A DNA stretch of 34,767 bases from a bacterium (lineage in GTDB: Bacteria; Patescibacteriota; Dojkabacteria; SC72), in assembly GCA_021108295.1 (NCBI GenBank), contig JAIORF010000102.1:73260-108026 (forward strand), read 5' to 3'. Positions within the stretch are counted from its first letter, which is position 1, and each line of letters begins with the position of its first letter. This document shows positions 8,429-18,291 of this stretch, piece by piece. A program made the position numbers and the translations under genes. The notes under the pieces were generated by a model. That model was not told the DNA's origin. It was given only the letters and a program-made list of their open reading frames with translations, and ran no database searches.

Positions 8429-9843
8429 AACTGTCGATATTAATACCAGACTATGTACAAAGTACTGCGAAAATACTCGTAGACGAGGGCTTTGATTGCT
8501 ACTTAGTAGGAGGTGCAATTAGGGACCTTGTCATAGGGAAAGTCCCCAATGACTACGATTTAGCGACGGATGCACTACCCGATGAAATGTTAAATATGTT
8601 TCCCAAATCGGTAGCGACTGGTGCGAAATTTGGAACAGTACTCTCTCTGACACAGGATAGTAAAGGAGAGGTACATGAAGTAGAAGTCACTACATTTAGG
8701 AGTGAAGCAGAATATGTGGATGGTAGATGGCCAAGCAGTGTGGAGTTTGTAGTAGAGATAGATAAAGATTTAGGTCGGAGAGATTTTACATTCAACGCTA
8801 TGGCTATCGATCTGTCTTCTGCAAACCTTGATGGTACTACAGAGGAACAACGTTTAGATATATATGATCCATTTAATGGAATTACGGACCTTAATTTGAA
8901 GATAGTGAAGGCAGTAGGTACTCCAACTGAAAGATTTAAGGAAGATGGACTACGTGCATTTAAAGCATGTAGATTAGCTAGCCAATTAGAATTCGATATA
9001 GAAGAGGAAACCCTTAAAGCTATAGCAAGGGCTCTACCTGTTGCAGAAATGGTATCCCTAGAGCGTATAAGGGATGAATTTATGAAAATGCTTTTACTCT
9101 CGTCTAAGCCTTCAATAGGGATTAATCTAATGAAAGATACTGGACTCCTAGCAATCTTCCTACCAGAGCTACTAGAAGCGGTAGGTATGGAACAAAAACT
9201 TTTTCATAAATACGATGTATATGTACACTCTCTTCGTACATGCGATATTGCTCACGACTCTGTCAAATTAGCGGCACTCTTACACGACATTGGAAAGGTA
9301 AGAACAGATATGGGTAATGGCCACTTCTATGGACATGACACAGTAGGTGCTCAAATGACAGAAGAAATACTAAGAAGATTAAAATTCCCTAAACAGGAGA
9401 TAGAGAAAGTGTGTAAGTTGGTTAGAAACCATATGTTCTTTTACCCATACGTGACCTCTGAGATGGCTAAGAACGAAAAAGAGAGAATTGTGCTAAATGA
9501 GTGGGGAGATAGTGCAGTACGAAGATTCCTACAAAGAGTAGGGGAAGAAAATATTGAGGATCTCTTTAGATTAAGAATAGCTGATGCCACATCGAACCCA
9601 GCCTCAGAATTTCAGCCAGAAGAAATAGCGCAACTACAGACACACATATCTAAGGTATTACAAGAAGATATGGCTTTAAAGATATCAGACCTAAGAATTG
9701 ATGGAAAAGATCTAGGACAGATTGGTGTTGAAAGCGGTCCTAAAATGGGTGAGATATTAAGAAAACTACTCGATATTGTTGTAGAAGACCCTCTCCAAAA
9801 CAGTAAAGAGATATTACTGGAAGAGGCTAGAAAGATGATGTAA
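8425..9843 (+). CDS. cca: Class II CCA tRNA nucleotidyltransferase with HD domain
   Basis: LVGGAIRD..DYD, loop FRSEAEYVDGRWP, RRDFTFNA, EDGLR, ERIRDE and LLHDIGK. Confidence 0.92.
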   Translation: MKLSILIPDYVQSTAKILVDEGFDCYLVGGAIRDLVIGKVPNDYDLATDALPDEMLNMFPKSVATGAKFGTVLSLTQDSKGEVHEVEVTTFRSEAEYVDGRWPSSVEFVVEIDKDLGRRDFTFNAMAIDLSSANLDGTTEEQRLDIYDPFNGITDLNLKIVKAVGTPTERFKEDGLRAFKACRLASQLEFDIEEETLKAIARALPVAEMVSLERIRDEFMKMLLLSSKPSIGINLMKDTGLLAIFLPELLEAVGMEQKLFHKYDVYVHSLRTCDIAHDSVKLAALLHDIGKVRTDMGNGHFYGHDTVGAQMTEEILRRLKFPKQEIEKVCKLVRNHMFFYPYVTSEMAKNEKERIVLNEWGDSAVRRFLQRVGEENIEDLFRLRIADATSNPASEFQPEEIAQLQTHISKVLQEDMALKISDLRIDGKDLGQIGVESGPKMGEILRKLLDIVVEDPLQNSKEILLEEARKMM

Positions 9844-9874
9844 GATGTACTAACTAATATTAAAATCTGCCTAA

Positions 9875-11299
9875 ATGAAAATCCAATTCTGTGGTGCGGC
9901 TCGTATGGTTACGGGGTCTTGCTACTATATAGACACAGGTTCTGCAAAGTTTCTTGTAGATTGTGGAGCTTTTCAGGGTAGTAAAGAAGCAAATTCCTTG
10001 AATAGGGCACAATTCCCTTTCAATCCTGCAACACTTGATTACATATTTCTCACACATGCACATTTTGATCATTGCGGAAGATTGCCTCGTCTTATAAAAC
10101 AAGGTTTTAAGGGGAGGATAATATCAACTCAACCCACAAGAGATCTTACAAATGTAGTACTTATGGACTCAGCTAAAATACAAAGAGAAGACTTCGAAAG
10201 GTGGGAAGCTAGAGCTACAAGGAAAAATGGTAGTGAGATAGATCCTCAAAGTGAGGACTATATTAGCCACAGACCAATGTATTCAGAAGAAGAGGTAGAA
10301 GACACTATGACAAGGTTTGAAATATATCCATATGGTAATTCTGTCAAACTAGGCAAGGATCTTGAGTTTAGGATGAGAGACGCAGGGCACATTATCGGTT
10401 CTGCGATGCTTGAGTTTTGGCTTAAGACCAAAGCAGGTCGAGACAGAAAAGTGGTGTTCTCAGGGGATCTAGGACAGCCAGGTGCAAGGATAATTAAGGA
10501 TCCAGATATGATTAGTAAGGCGGACTACGTTATTTGTGAGTCTACATATGGTAATAGATTACATAAAAGTAGGGATGAGACAGTGCTGGAGTTCCTTGCG
10601 ATAATAAAACAAGCTCAGAAAGAAGGTGGTAATATTCTAATCCCGTCATTTGCAATAGAGCGTACACAGGAAATTCTCTATGAGATAAATCTGTTTGTTG
10701 AAAATAAGCTACTTGAAGGCTTAGAGGTATTCCTTGATAGTCCAATGGCATCAAAGGCTACTGCAATATTTAAGATGTATCCGGGTTTTTACGATGAAGA
10801 TGCTAGAAGACTTCTTCAGAAAGGGGATAATCCATTTGAGTTTGATGGTTTAAAGATTGTTGAGTCTGCCGAGGAGTCTAAAAGGTTGATAGATAAACAT
10901 GGAATATTGATAATTGCTGGTAGTGGAATGTGTACAGGGGGGAGAATAGTTCACCATCTGAAAAACAATTTAGCCAAACCTAGCACACATGTCATCATTG
11001 TAGGCTATCAAGTAGAAGGAACGCTTGGTAGGAGATTAGTAGAAGGGGAGTCCTCAGTGCGTATCTTTGGTGAACAGATAGAGGTTAATGCTCAGGTTCA
11101 TACTCTTGGAGGATTTTCTGCCCATGGAGATCAAAGAGACTTAAGATATTGGTTAAGAAGTTTTGGACATACTCCTAAGAAAGTATTTATCACACACGGA
11201 GATAAAGAAATCTCAATTGGTTTTGCTAGTAATATTAAGTCAGAATTAGGATTAGACGCATGTGTCCCAGAATTATATGAAGAATTTGAATTAAAGTAG
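9875..11299 (+). CDS. MBL-fold beta-CASP ribonuclease (YSH1/TTHA0252-like)
   Basis: VTGSC, THAHFDH, AGHIIGS, FSGDLG, ESTYG, SGMCTGGR, FSAHGD and THG motifs are all present. Confidence 0.93.
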   Translation: MKIQFCGAARMVTGSCYYIDTGSAKFLVDCGAFQGSKEANSLNRAQFPFNPATLDYIFLTHAHFDHCGRLPRLIKQGFKGRIISTQPTRDLTNVVLMDSAKIQREDFERWEARATRKNGSEIDPQSEDYISHRPMYSEEEVEDTMTRFEIYPYGNSVKLGKDLEFRMRDAGHIIGSAMLEFWLKTKAGRDRKVVFSGDLGQPGARIIKDPDMISKADYVICESTYGNRLHKSRDETVLEFLAIIKQAQKEGGNILIPSFAIERTQEILYEINLFVENKLLEGLEVFLDSPMASKATAIFKMYPGFYDEDARRLLQKGDNPFEFDGLKIVESAEESKRLIDKHGILIIAGSGMCTGGRIVHHLKNNLAKPSTHVIIVGYQVEGTLGRRLVEGESSVRIFGEQIEVNAQVHTLGGFSAHGDQRDLRYWLRSFGHTPKKVFITHGDKEISIGFASNIKSELGLDACVPELYEEFELK

Positions 11300-11300
11300 C

Positions 11301-12260
11301 ATGAAATATCCTGTAGAAATAGAAAAAATATATAAAGACATTGTAGATTTAAATATACAAGGTGCAACTAATGTTGCAATATCCACTCTCGAAGGTATGA
11401 AAGTGGCAGTAAGAAGTGAAGTTGTAAAAGACGATCATTTACTCGAAAGGATTATAAATATTGGTAATTACTTGGCATATGCAAGACCAAATGAGCCTTT
11501 AGCACAGAATGGTGTGCTGTATATTAAACAGTTCTTTCTTGAGAAGGATGGTATGAAGCTAGATCTTTCTAAAGAAAAGAATCTACTGGAGGACCTTTGT
11601 GAGGAGTATTTACAGATAATTGCTAATGCTAAGAGTAAGATAATTGAACACAACGCTCCAAAGCTCACAAATATTGATCATATTCTCACGCATTGCCACT
11701 CTTCAACAGCAGGTGCAATTATCAAAGCTATTGCTAAGGGAGATGATGATTTTACTGCAGTATGTACAGAAACTCGGCCAAGATATCAGGGTAGAATTAC
11801 AGCAAAGAATCTATTAGATGCTAGAATTAAAACTACATTAATTGCAGATAGTGCAGCAGAATCTTTCGTAATCGGAAGAGGTAGTAGACATGTATCTGCT
11901 GTCTTTATCGGTGCAGACGTAATTACCATGAAAGGTTTCTGTGTTAACAAAATAGGTAGTTGGGGTATAGCTATGGCTGCCAAACAAGCAGACAAACCAC
12001 TATATGTGATTACTCCGTTGTTAAAGATTGATCATGATACTGTATACAATGAGATAGAAATAGAGGTTAGAGAAGACAAAGAATTGTGGGACAGTGCTCC
12101 TAAGGGGTTAGAGATGTATAATCCTGCTTTTGAGATTGTAGATGCGGGATTGATAACAGGCTTTGTCACAGAATATGGTATCCTTAAACCAAGTGAAATA
12201 GAGGAGGTTATAAGAAGAGAGTACTCTTGGCTTTTTAAGCACAAACTTGATGACAAATAA
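11301..12260 (+). CDS. Ribose-1,5-bisphosphate isomerase (eIF2B/MtnA family)
   Basis: IQGAT, catalytic-type THCHSST (Cys) and GAD (Asp), ETRP, NKIGS and NPAFE; adjacent to AMP phosphorylase. Confidence 0.87.
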   Translation: MKYPVEIEKIYKDIVDLNIQGATNVAISTLEGMKVAVRSEVVKDDHLLERIINIGNYLAYARPNEPLAQNGVLYIKQFFLEKDGMKLDLSKEKNLLEDLCEEYLQIIANAKSKIIEHNAPKLTNIDHILTHCHSSTAGAIIKAIAKGDDDFTAVCTETRPRYQGRITAKNLLDARIKTTLIADSAAESFVIGRGSRHVSAVFIGADVITMKGFCVNKIGSWGIAMAAKQADKPLYVITPLLKIDHDTVYNEIEIEVREDKELWDSAPKGLEMYNPAFEIVDAGLITGFVTEYGILKPSEIEEVIRREYSWLFKHKLDDK

Positions 12261-12277
12261 TATTAGAAATAACAAAT

Positions 12278-13783
12278 ATGGGGCTGTATCTTAAATCAAG
12301 GGAGTTGGATTTTGAAGGAGGAAAAGACCTTTTTGTTGTACTTAATAGGGCTGACGCAGAGAGAATAGGGATTAAAGATGGAGGAACTGCACTCTTAGGG
12401 TATAGGGATGTTGAAATGTATGTGAAGGTAATCATCACAGATACGAAGGTTGAGGAGGGAGAGATAGGTTTGTATGAAGAGCTTGTGGATGAAAGGTTTG
12501 CTCCTGTAAATCAGAAAGTCTTTTTAGATATTCCTAAACCTACTAAGGCTTTAGACGCTATTAGAAAGAAAATGAAGGGAGAGAAACTTACTGAGGAGGA
12601 ACTTCTCTGCATTATGGAGGATATTGGTAGTAGGAAGTTAAGAGAAACAGAGGTTGCTTTCTTTGTAAGTACATTCTTTAATCCAGGTTTTGAAGATGAT
12701 GAGATATATTGGATGACTAAGGGTATGGCCAATTCTGGAGAGAAGTTGAGTTTTAAGGATATTAAGGATAATGGGGATCTTGTTGTAGACAAACACTCTA
12801 TTGGTGGCACTGCAGGAAAGGGTATTACTCCTATCCTTGTATCTATACTTGCTGCAAATAATTTGGTATGTCCAAATACCTCTACTCGCGCTATTACCTC
12901 TCCAGCAGGTACAAGTGATATCCTAGAAGTTGTAATGCCAGTAGCTGTTTCTAAAGATGATGTGTATAGGGTTGTAAAAGAAACTGGTGCTTGTCTAATA
13001 TGGGGAGGTTCTTTGTATCTAGCTCCTGCTGATGACGAGATTATCAACGTAGAGAGATCTCTTAGAATACAGGAGTTCCAGAAGGTCTTAGTAAGTATTG
13101 TGGCTAAGAAGGTTGCTATGGGTTCTACATGTGTATTAATTGATCTTCCATATGGTAAGAATACAAAGTTGGATAGGCCTGATGATTTAGCGTTTTTGGA
13201 GAAGGGGTTTATAAAATTATTTGCGAAATTCGGTATTAATTGCCTCATTATTAAACGACAGATCAAAGGTCCAGATGGTAATGGTGTGGGCCCTGCCTTA
13301 GAGATTAGGGAGGCATTAAGGGTGCTTGAGCAGACGGATAATAGGTCGAAGGATTTGGAGAATACAGTATTGGATATGGCAGAGATACTACTTGAGGAGT
13401 CTGGTAAGGCTAAGAAGGGAGAGGGTAGGGATTTAGCTATAGAGACACTGTCTAGTAAGAGGGCATTGAGTACATTCTGGAGAATTGCAGTTAGCCAAGG
13501 GAAGAAGGGAGTGATGCTTTCTCAAGAGATTGAGGTGGGTAAGCTTACTTATGAGCTTAAAGCTACTAAGAGTGGTACAATCATGAGGATTGATACTAGA
13601 ACTATTGTAGATATAGCTAGGTCTTTAGGAACTCCTAAGATAAAAGAAGCAGGAATATTCTTTGAAAAGAATGTGGGAGATCGTGTAGAGAAGGGGGAGG
13701 TTGTAGCGATATTATATGCACAAACAGAGGGTAGATTAGAGCAGGGTAAAGAGGCTGTAGAGGGTTTATTAGATATTAAATAG
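12278..13783 (+). CDS. deoA: AMP (NMP) phosphorylase, archaeal-type thymidine phosphorylase family
   Basis: 501 aa with the extra N-terminal domain typical of AMP phosphorylases, DKHSIGG, RAITSPAGTSD, LAPADD, SIVAKK and GVGPALE. Confidence 0.9.
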   Translation: MGLYLKSRELDFEGGKDLFVVLNRADAERIGIKDGGTALLGYRDVEMYVKVIITDTKVEEGEIGLYEELVDERFAPVNQKVFLDIPKPTKALDAIRKKMKGEKLTEEELLCIMEDIGSRKLRETEVAFFVSTFFNPGFEDDEIYWMTKGMANSGEKLSFKDIKDNGDLVVDKHSIGGTAGKGITPILVSILAANNLVCPNTSTRAITSPAGTSDILEVVMPVAVSKDDVYRVVKETGACLIWGGSLYLAPADDEIINVERSLRIQEFQKVLVSIVAKKVAMGSTCVLIDLPYGKNTKLDRPDDLAFLEKGFIKLFAKFGINCLIIKRQIKGPDGNGVGPALEIREALRVLEQTDNRSKDLENTVLDMAEILLEESGKAKKGEGRDLAIETLSSKRALSTFWRIAVSQGKKGVMLSQEIEVGKLTYELKATKSGTIMRIDTRTIVDIARSLGTPKIKEAGIFFEKNVGDRVEKGEVVAILYAQTEGRLEQGKEAVEGLLDIK

Positions 13784-15614
13784 GTTTATTCTTATTTCTA
13801 CTTCTTATCTTTTTAATAGTCCATCTTATAGATGATAGAAAGATTACTAATACGATAAGTACTAGTAATATAGGGGCAACAACGGCTGTACTTCTTCCAA
13901 TACTGCTTGCTTTGAAGAACCTATTTAATGTATCTCCGATATTTTCTTCAGACAAATCTTCTATTGGAGAGATTTCCTCATAGGTTTGTAAACCCTCTAT
14001 ATCTGCAATATCATTTTCTGTAATAGCATATATTGATATATTAAATTCTAATTCATCAATATTGTCCAAAGAGTCTGCAGAATATACCTTTGTATTAGAT
14101 AAATCATTACCACTAAAGGTCTCCCAAAGTATTCTATCAATATTTTGTCCGATATCCATATTCTCACTCTCAAGTGTAGGATCTATAGAAAGCCAACCGT
14201 AATCAGGTAGCCATACCTGTACCCATTGGTGTCTAACTTGGGAGTCTAAAGTATGAGCTATATCTTTCAAGTTCACATACCCTAATGCTGCCCTTGCAGG
14301 TATCCCCTGTGCCCGTAGTATTGTAATCATTGTATCTGCATACTCCATACATACAGAACCTCCTCCTTCTAGTGCTTCTTTTGCTCCGATTCTTTCATTG
14401 CTAGAATCTGCCTTGGTCTGGTCATAATCTAGATTTTCGTTGATATAGGTATAGTCTGCTTTAATTAAATCAAGAAAATCCCCTATATCTTTCTTTAACG
14501 CTTCAGCCTCTTGTTGAATATATTCATCATTTACTTGCCAGTACTTTGTTGAAGTAAGATATTGTGATAAGTTGGAGTCCTTTGATATGGTTTCTGTGTA
14601 TAGAGAAAGTTCTGGATTTGGAATTATCTTCGGATCACTAAGATCATTTTGTGTTACCCAGATATATCCAATTACTGATATTGTGCTTGTGTCATTTGCA
14701 TCTACTTCAAATGTCGCTATTATATTCCCTTCCGTGTCCCTCCCAATCTTGCTCGGAGTAGGAGAGATACTCTCAATCTTGACTGTCTGCATATTCTCAT
14801 CAAAGTGTCTTGGTAGAGATATTTCAAAAATATTTTTGGACAAACTTCCGAATATGTCCGAATACTGTTCTGGTATTAGTGTGTCTGTCTGTGGAGTGTT
14901 GTATTCCAATTCAAACCTATATATCTGGGATGTCCCAAATTCTAAGTAAGGGTTTTTACTGAGTCTAGATTCTGCAGAGAAGGTGTAAGTGTCTTGGGTT
15001 TTAGTACTGTCTAGTGTGTATGTTGTAGGCCATATTTTAGTTAGTTTACCAACCTCTTTGTCCACAACCATATTTAAATTGTAATCTAGGTGGGTTTTAG
15101 TGTTTGTTTCCTTATGTAAGATACTAAATTCTGTGTCTTGAGGAAGGGAAGGAGCTTGTAGGGTGATGTGTTGGTTTACAGCTTGTACATAGTCATGTGT
15201 CCTGTATGTAAGATATATCTTGTACGGTGAATTCTTTGTTGTTTGTTTGTAATTTGGTATTAGTACATGTATTCCTTCGTTCTCTTTCTCTGTAGTAAAG
15301 TAGGTGAGACTTTTGCCGTTAGAATCCTTCACTGTGATGGATTCCGTTTTGTAGTTTCTTTCAGTAGCTATTTGGGAATCAGTATGGGTAAGGATATCGG
15401 GTATTACAAATGTCTTCTCTCCACTTGCTGGGAAGAAGTAGTTACTATCTTTCACCTCTCTTAGATATTCAATTGTGATTGTGACATAGTCGTTGTTTTT
15501 GGAGTATTGTATCTCCATATTGTGTTCAATGTGGAAGTCGTAGGAGGATGCGTGTACTAAATTGGGTGTAATGAGGAGTGTGAGGAGAAGAATTGCGTTG
15601 AGAAGTTTTTGCAT
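13776..15614 (-). CDS. Secreted, membrane-anchored transglutaminase-like (Cys protease fold) protein
   Basis: Signal peptide (VHA|SS), triad motifs VCMEYA, HQWVQVW and IDPT, C-terminal TM helix followed by a basic tail. Confidence 0.88.
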   Translation of the reverse strand: MQKLLNAILLLTLLITPNLVHASSYDFHIEHNMEIQYSKNNDYVTITIEYLREVKDSNYFFPASGEKTFVIPDILTHTDSQIATERNYKTESITVKDSNGKSLTYFTTEKENEGIHVLIPNYKQTTKNSPYKIYLTYRTHDYVQAVNQHITLQAPSLPQDTEFSILHKETNTKTHLDYNLNMVVDKEVGKLTKIWPTTYTLDSTKTQDTYTFSAESRLSKNPYLEFGTSQIYRFELEYNTPQTDTLIPEQYSDIFGSLSKNIFEISLPRHFDENMQTVKIESISPTPSKIGRDTEGNIIATFEVDANDTSTISVIGYIWVTQNDLSDPKIIPNPELSLYTETISKDSNLSQYLTSTKYWQVNDEYIQQEAEALKKDIGDFLDLIKADYTYINENLDYDQTKADSSNERIGAKEALEGGGSVCMEYADTMITILRAQGIPARAALGYVNLKDIAHTLDSQVRHQWVQVWLPDYGWLSIDPTLESENMDIGQNIDRILWETFSGNDLSNTKVYSADSLDNIDELEFNISIYAITENDIADIEGLQTYEEISPIEDLSEENIGDTLNRFFKASSIGRSTAVVAPILLVLIVLVIFLSSIRWTIKKIRSRNKNKPI

Positions 15615-15673
15615 AAGTAAATCATATCATGTTTGTAAACAACATATTGGTTTTGTGATATTATAGGCACATT

Positions 15674-16771
15674 ATGATAACTAAATCGCATACATTGTCA
15701 GTTGGTATTGTTGGTTTGCCCAATGCAGGTAAATCTACGATTTTTAATGCACTTACAAAAAAGAGTGTGGCTGCAGAGAATTTCCCTTTTTGTACGATAG
15801 ATAAGAATGTTGGGGTAATACAGATACCTGATGTACGGCTGGATAGGATGAGTGAGTTTTTTAAGGCTCAGAAGGTAGTTCCTTCTGCTATGACTTTTGT
15901 GGATATAGCGGGTCTTGTTAAAGGTGCATCTCAGGGGGAGGGTTTGGGTAATCAATTCCTTTCACATATTCGTGAGGTTGATGTAATTATGTATGTTCTT
16001 AGAGCTTTCCCAAGTACAGAGATTGTACATGTCTATGATAGGGTAGATCCTGTTGAGGATTTTGAGATTGTACAGTCAGAATTGATACTCAAGGATATAG
16101 AGGTGGTAGAGAAGAGGATGGTTAGTGTAAGTAAAATGGCAAGGATAGGGAAGGAGGGTGCAGTTGAGGAAAGTGAGGTACTTAAGGAAATTTTAGAGGG
16201 GTTAAACAAGGGAGTTCCTGTGATAGATATGGAGTTTGGTGATGAAGAGTCTAAGGTTGTGTATGAGCTTTTCTTACTTACTTCTAAGCCTCGTATGTTT
16301 GTACTTAATTGTAAAGAGGGTGTTGCAGAGGAAGATTTAGAAAAGTGGGAGGATGGTCTTAAGGAGTTTGTAGGTGGTAAGAAGGAGTATATCTTGAGAG
16401 TGGATGTGAAGTTGATAGGAGAGATGGATGATGTGAAGGAGTATGAGGAGCTTTTGGGCTATCATCCTAGTACCATTAATGATGTGATGGATATTGCTTA
16501 CAAGAGATTAAATCTTCTTACCTTCTATACTGGCTCAGAGAAGGAGTGTAATGCTTGGACTATACAAAAGGGAGCTACAGTGAAAGAATCTGCTGGCGTT
16601 ATTCATACAGATTTAGAGCAGGGTTTCATCACAGCAGATGTTGTTAATGTAGATGATTTGATAGAGGAGGGTGGTTGGAATGGAGCTAAGGAGAAGGGTT
16701 TGGTAAAGAATATGGGGAAGGAGTATGTTACTAAAGATGGTGATTACGTTGTTATTTTAGCGAACAAGTAG
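15674..16771 (+). CDS. ychF: Redox-regulated ATPase YchF (Obg family)
   Basis: GIVGLPNAGKST, NFPFCTI, DIAGLVKGASQGEGLGNQFL, AGVIHTD and a C-terminal TGS-like domain. Confidence 0.96.
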   Translation: MITKSHTLSVGIVGLPNAGKSTIFNALTKKSVAAENFPFCTIDKNVGVIQIPDVRLDRMSEFFKAQKVVPSAMTFVDIAGLVKGASQGEGLGNQFLSHIREVDVIMYVLRAFPSTEIVHVYDRVDPVEDFEIVQSELILKDIEVVEKRMVSVSKMARIGKEGAVEESEVLKEILEGLNKGVPVIDMEFGDEESKVVYELFLLTSKPRMFVLNCKEGVAEEDLEKWEDGLKEFVGGKKEYILRVDVKLIGEMDDVKEYEELLGYHPSTINDVMDIAYKRLNLLTFYTGSEKECNAWTIQKGATVKESAGVIHTDLEQGFITADVVNVDDLIEEGGWNGAKEKGLVKNMGKEYVTKDGDYVVILANK

Positions 16772-16775
16772 GGGT

Positions 16776-16794
16776 TAGTATATAACATATACTA
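16776..16794. repeat. 8-bp perfect inverted repeat (hairpin or operator)
   Basis: TAGTATAT-AAC-ATATACTA just after the ychF stop; no U-tract follows. Confidence 0.35.
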
Positions 16795-16879
16795 GAAATC
16801 CTCATTATGAAGAAAAAACATTTTAATGCTTAGAATATCGGTAAGTTGCTTATGAATAAGAATATTGCTATAAATAATA

Positions 16880-18187
16880 ATGAAGGAAGACTATCAAGAA
16901 GAACTTATAGGAGTTAAAACACCACTTAATGTTGTAGAGATACAAGCACCTGGAATAGAAATGGAATCTATTCTTACAAGGATAGAGCCAATAAATGGAG
17001 TATTTAATCCTGAAGAAGAAATGGAAAAGCTTCGATTTATGATGTCTAGAATAGAAGACAGGAAAGAAGTAATAGGATTATTCAAAAGTAAATTATCTCG
17101 CCAAAGAGAAGCGTGGGCAGTATGTAGAAATACTATTGAAGAACAAATAATGTTCAAACCTGATTTGTCTAGAGAAGAGATGGTAGGGATAATTGGAATA
17201 TTTGCTTCTAATTATGGATTTCCTCCTGCTCAAATTGAAGTCGCAGAATCATTAGTAGATGAATATATTGATGTACATAGACGAGTTATAGAATTTCGTG
17301 AGAAATTTCCTAAGAATCGAGACTTATTGGAGAAGTTAAGTAGCGTAAGAATCAGCAAAGCCGAAGCAGAAGGAGTTGAGATTTCAGTAGGACCAGTAGC
17401 AATTGAAATATTTTGTCCCGAAAATGTTTTTTTAAAAATGGGAACTAATACTACGAGTTCTTGGGATATGGGATATGCTACACAGAGCATAGCTAGAAAC
17501 CCAATTCCATATTTAGTATTGAATGAAGACTCTCCTTGGCATGAAATATATTCAATGTCTTCGACACTTGTACATGAACGAGAGCATCAAAAAAACAAGA
17601 TTTTAGGGCCGAGGTTGTATAGTACAAAAGAAATTGAAACTGATGTCTTGAAGGGTATGGAAAAGGATATTCTGGGATCCTTAGTAATGAAGGCTAGTGA
17701 TAAATTGTTGAGGAGTACAAAATTGTTAGGGGCTAAAGAAACATTGGAGACAGTAGCGTTATTCAGGAGATATAAAAGGGCACGAGATTTTGATGAAAGA
17801 AGCCTTTTTGTTAAAGCATGTATGCAAAGGGCGAGGGAAGTTGCACTTAATTATGTCAAAGATGAAATTATTGCGATGAAGGCAGAAGCGGACGTGTCCC
17901 CTCATGGTGGTGAATATAATATTTTTTCAAATCAAGATGGTAGTTTCTATGATTATCTCCAGTTTTTCCGGGAAAAGTTACATAAAGACAAAGGTGATAA
18001 ACTTTGGCAAGAAGCTTCACAAAGAATACTAGTTGATGAATATAAGGAGATTATAGACAATTCAATTATGGCTTTTGATGATCTGAAAGACAGGGGGTAT
18101 TCAAGAAAAGAAGTAATTGCTTTGCTTTTTGATAAACGATTGCAGGAATGGCCAAAAACAGCTAAGAGATTATTAGAACAAAGATAA
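16880..18187 (+). CDS. Hypothetical cytoplasmic protein with HExxH motif (possible zinc metallopeptidase)
   Basis: 435-aa ORF, STLVHEREHQ, downstream KDEIIA; no signal peptide. Confidence 0.75.
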   Translation: MKEDYQEELIGVKTPLNVVEIQAPGIEMESILTRIEPINGVFNPEEEMEKLRFMMSRIEDRKEVIGLFKSKLSRQREAWAVCRNTIEEQIMFKPDLSREEMVGIIGIFASNYGFPPAQIEVAESLVDEYIDVHRRVIEFREKFPKNRDLLEKLSSVRISKAEAEGVEISVGPVAIEIFCPENVFLKMGTNTTSSWDMGYATQSIARNPIPYLVLNEDSPWHEIYSMSSTLVHEREHQKNKILGPRLYSTKEIETDVLKGMEKDILGSLVMKASDKLLRSTKLLGAKETLETVALFRRYKRARDFDERSLFVKACMQRAREVALNYVKDEIIAMKAEADVSPHGGEYNIFSNQDGSFYDYLQFFREKLHKDKGDKLWQEASQRILVDEYKEIIDNSIMAFDDLKDRGYSRKEVIALLFDKRLQEWPKTAKRLLEQR

Positions 18188-18291
18188 GTTTGTTCGTAAA
18201 GGGTAAAACTTACTACTACAAAACTCTTCCCATCTGTGTTGTTTTCTGCTAAAATCCAATCGCTAAATATAATTTAAGGAAGATATAGTTA

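Noticed and set aside
11301-12260. Annotation as eIF2B subunit or methylthioribose-1-phosphate isomerase (MtnA)
   Set aside because: It lacks the MtnA N-terminal DQ..LP region and THCNAG motif, has THCHS, and abuts AMP phosphorylase.
12511-13266. 251-aa antisense ORF and the many 60-130 aa overlapping ORFs in the track
   Set aside because: They are shadow frames of well-supported genes and carry no motifs of their own.
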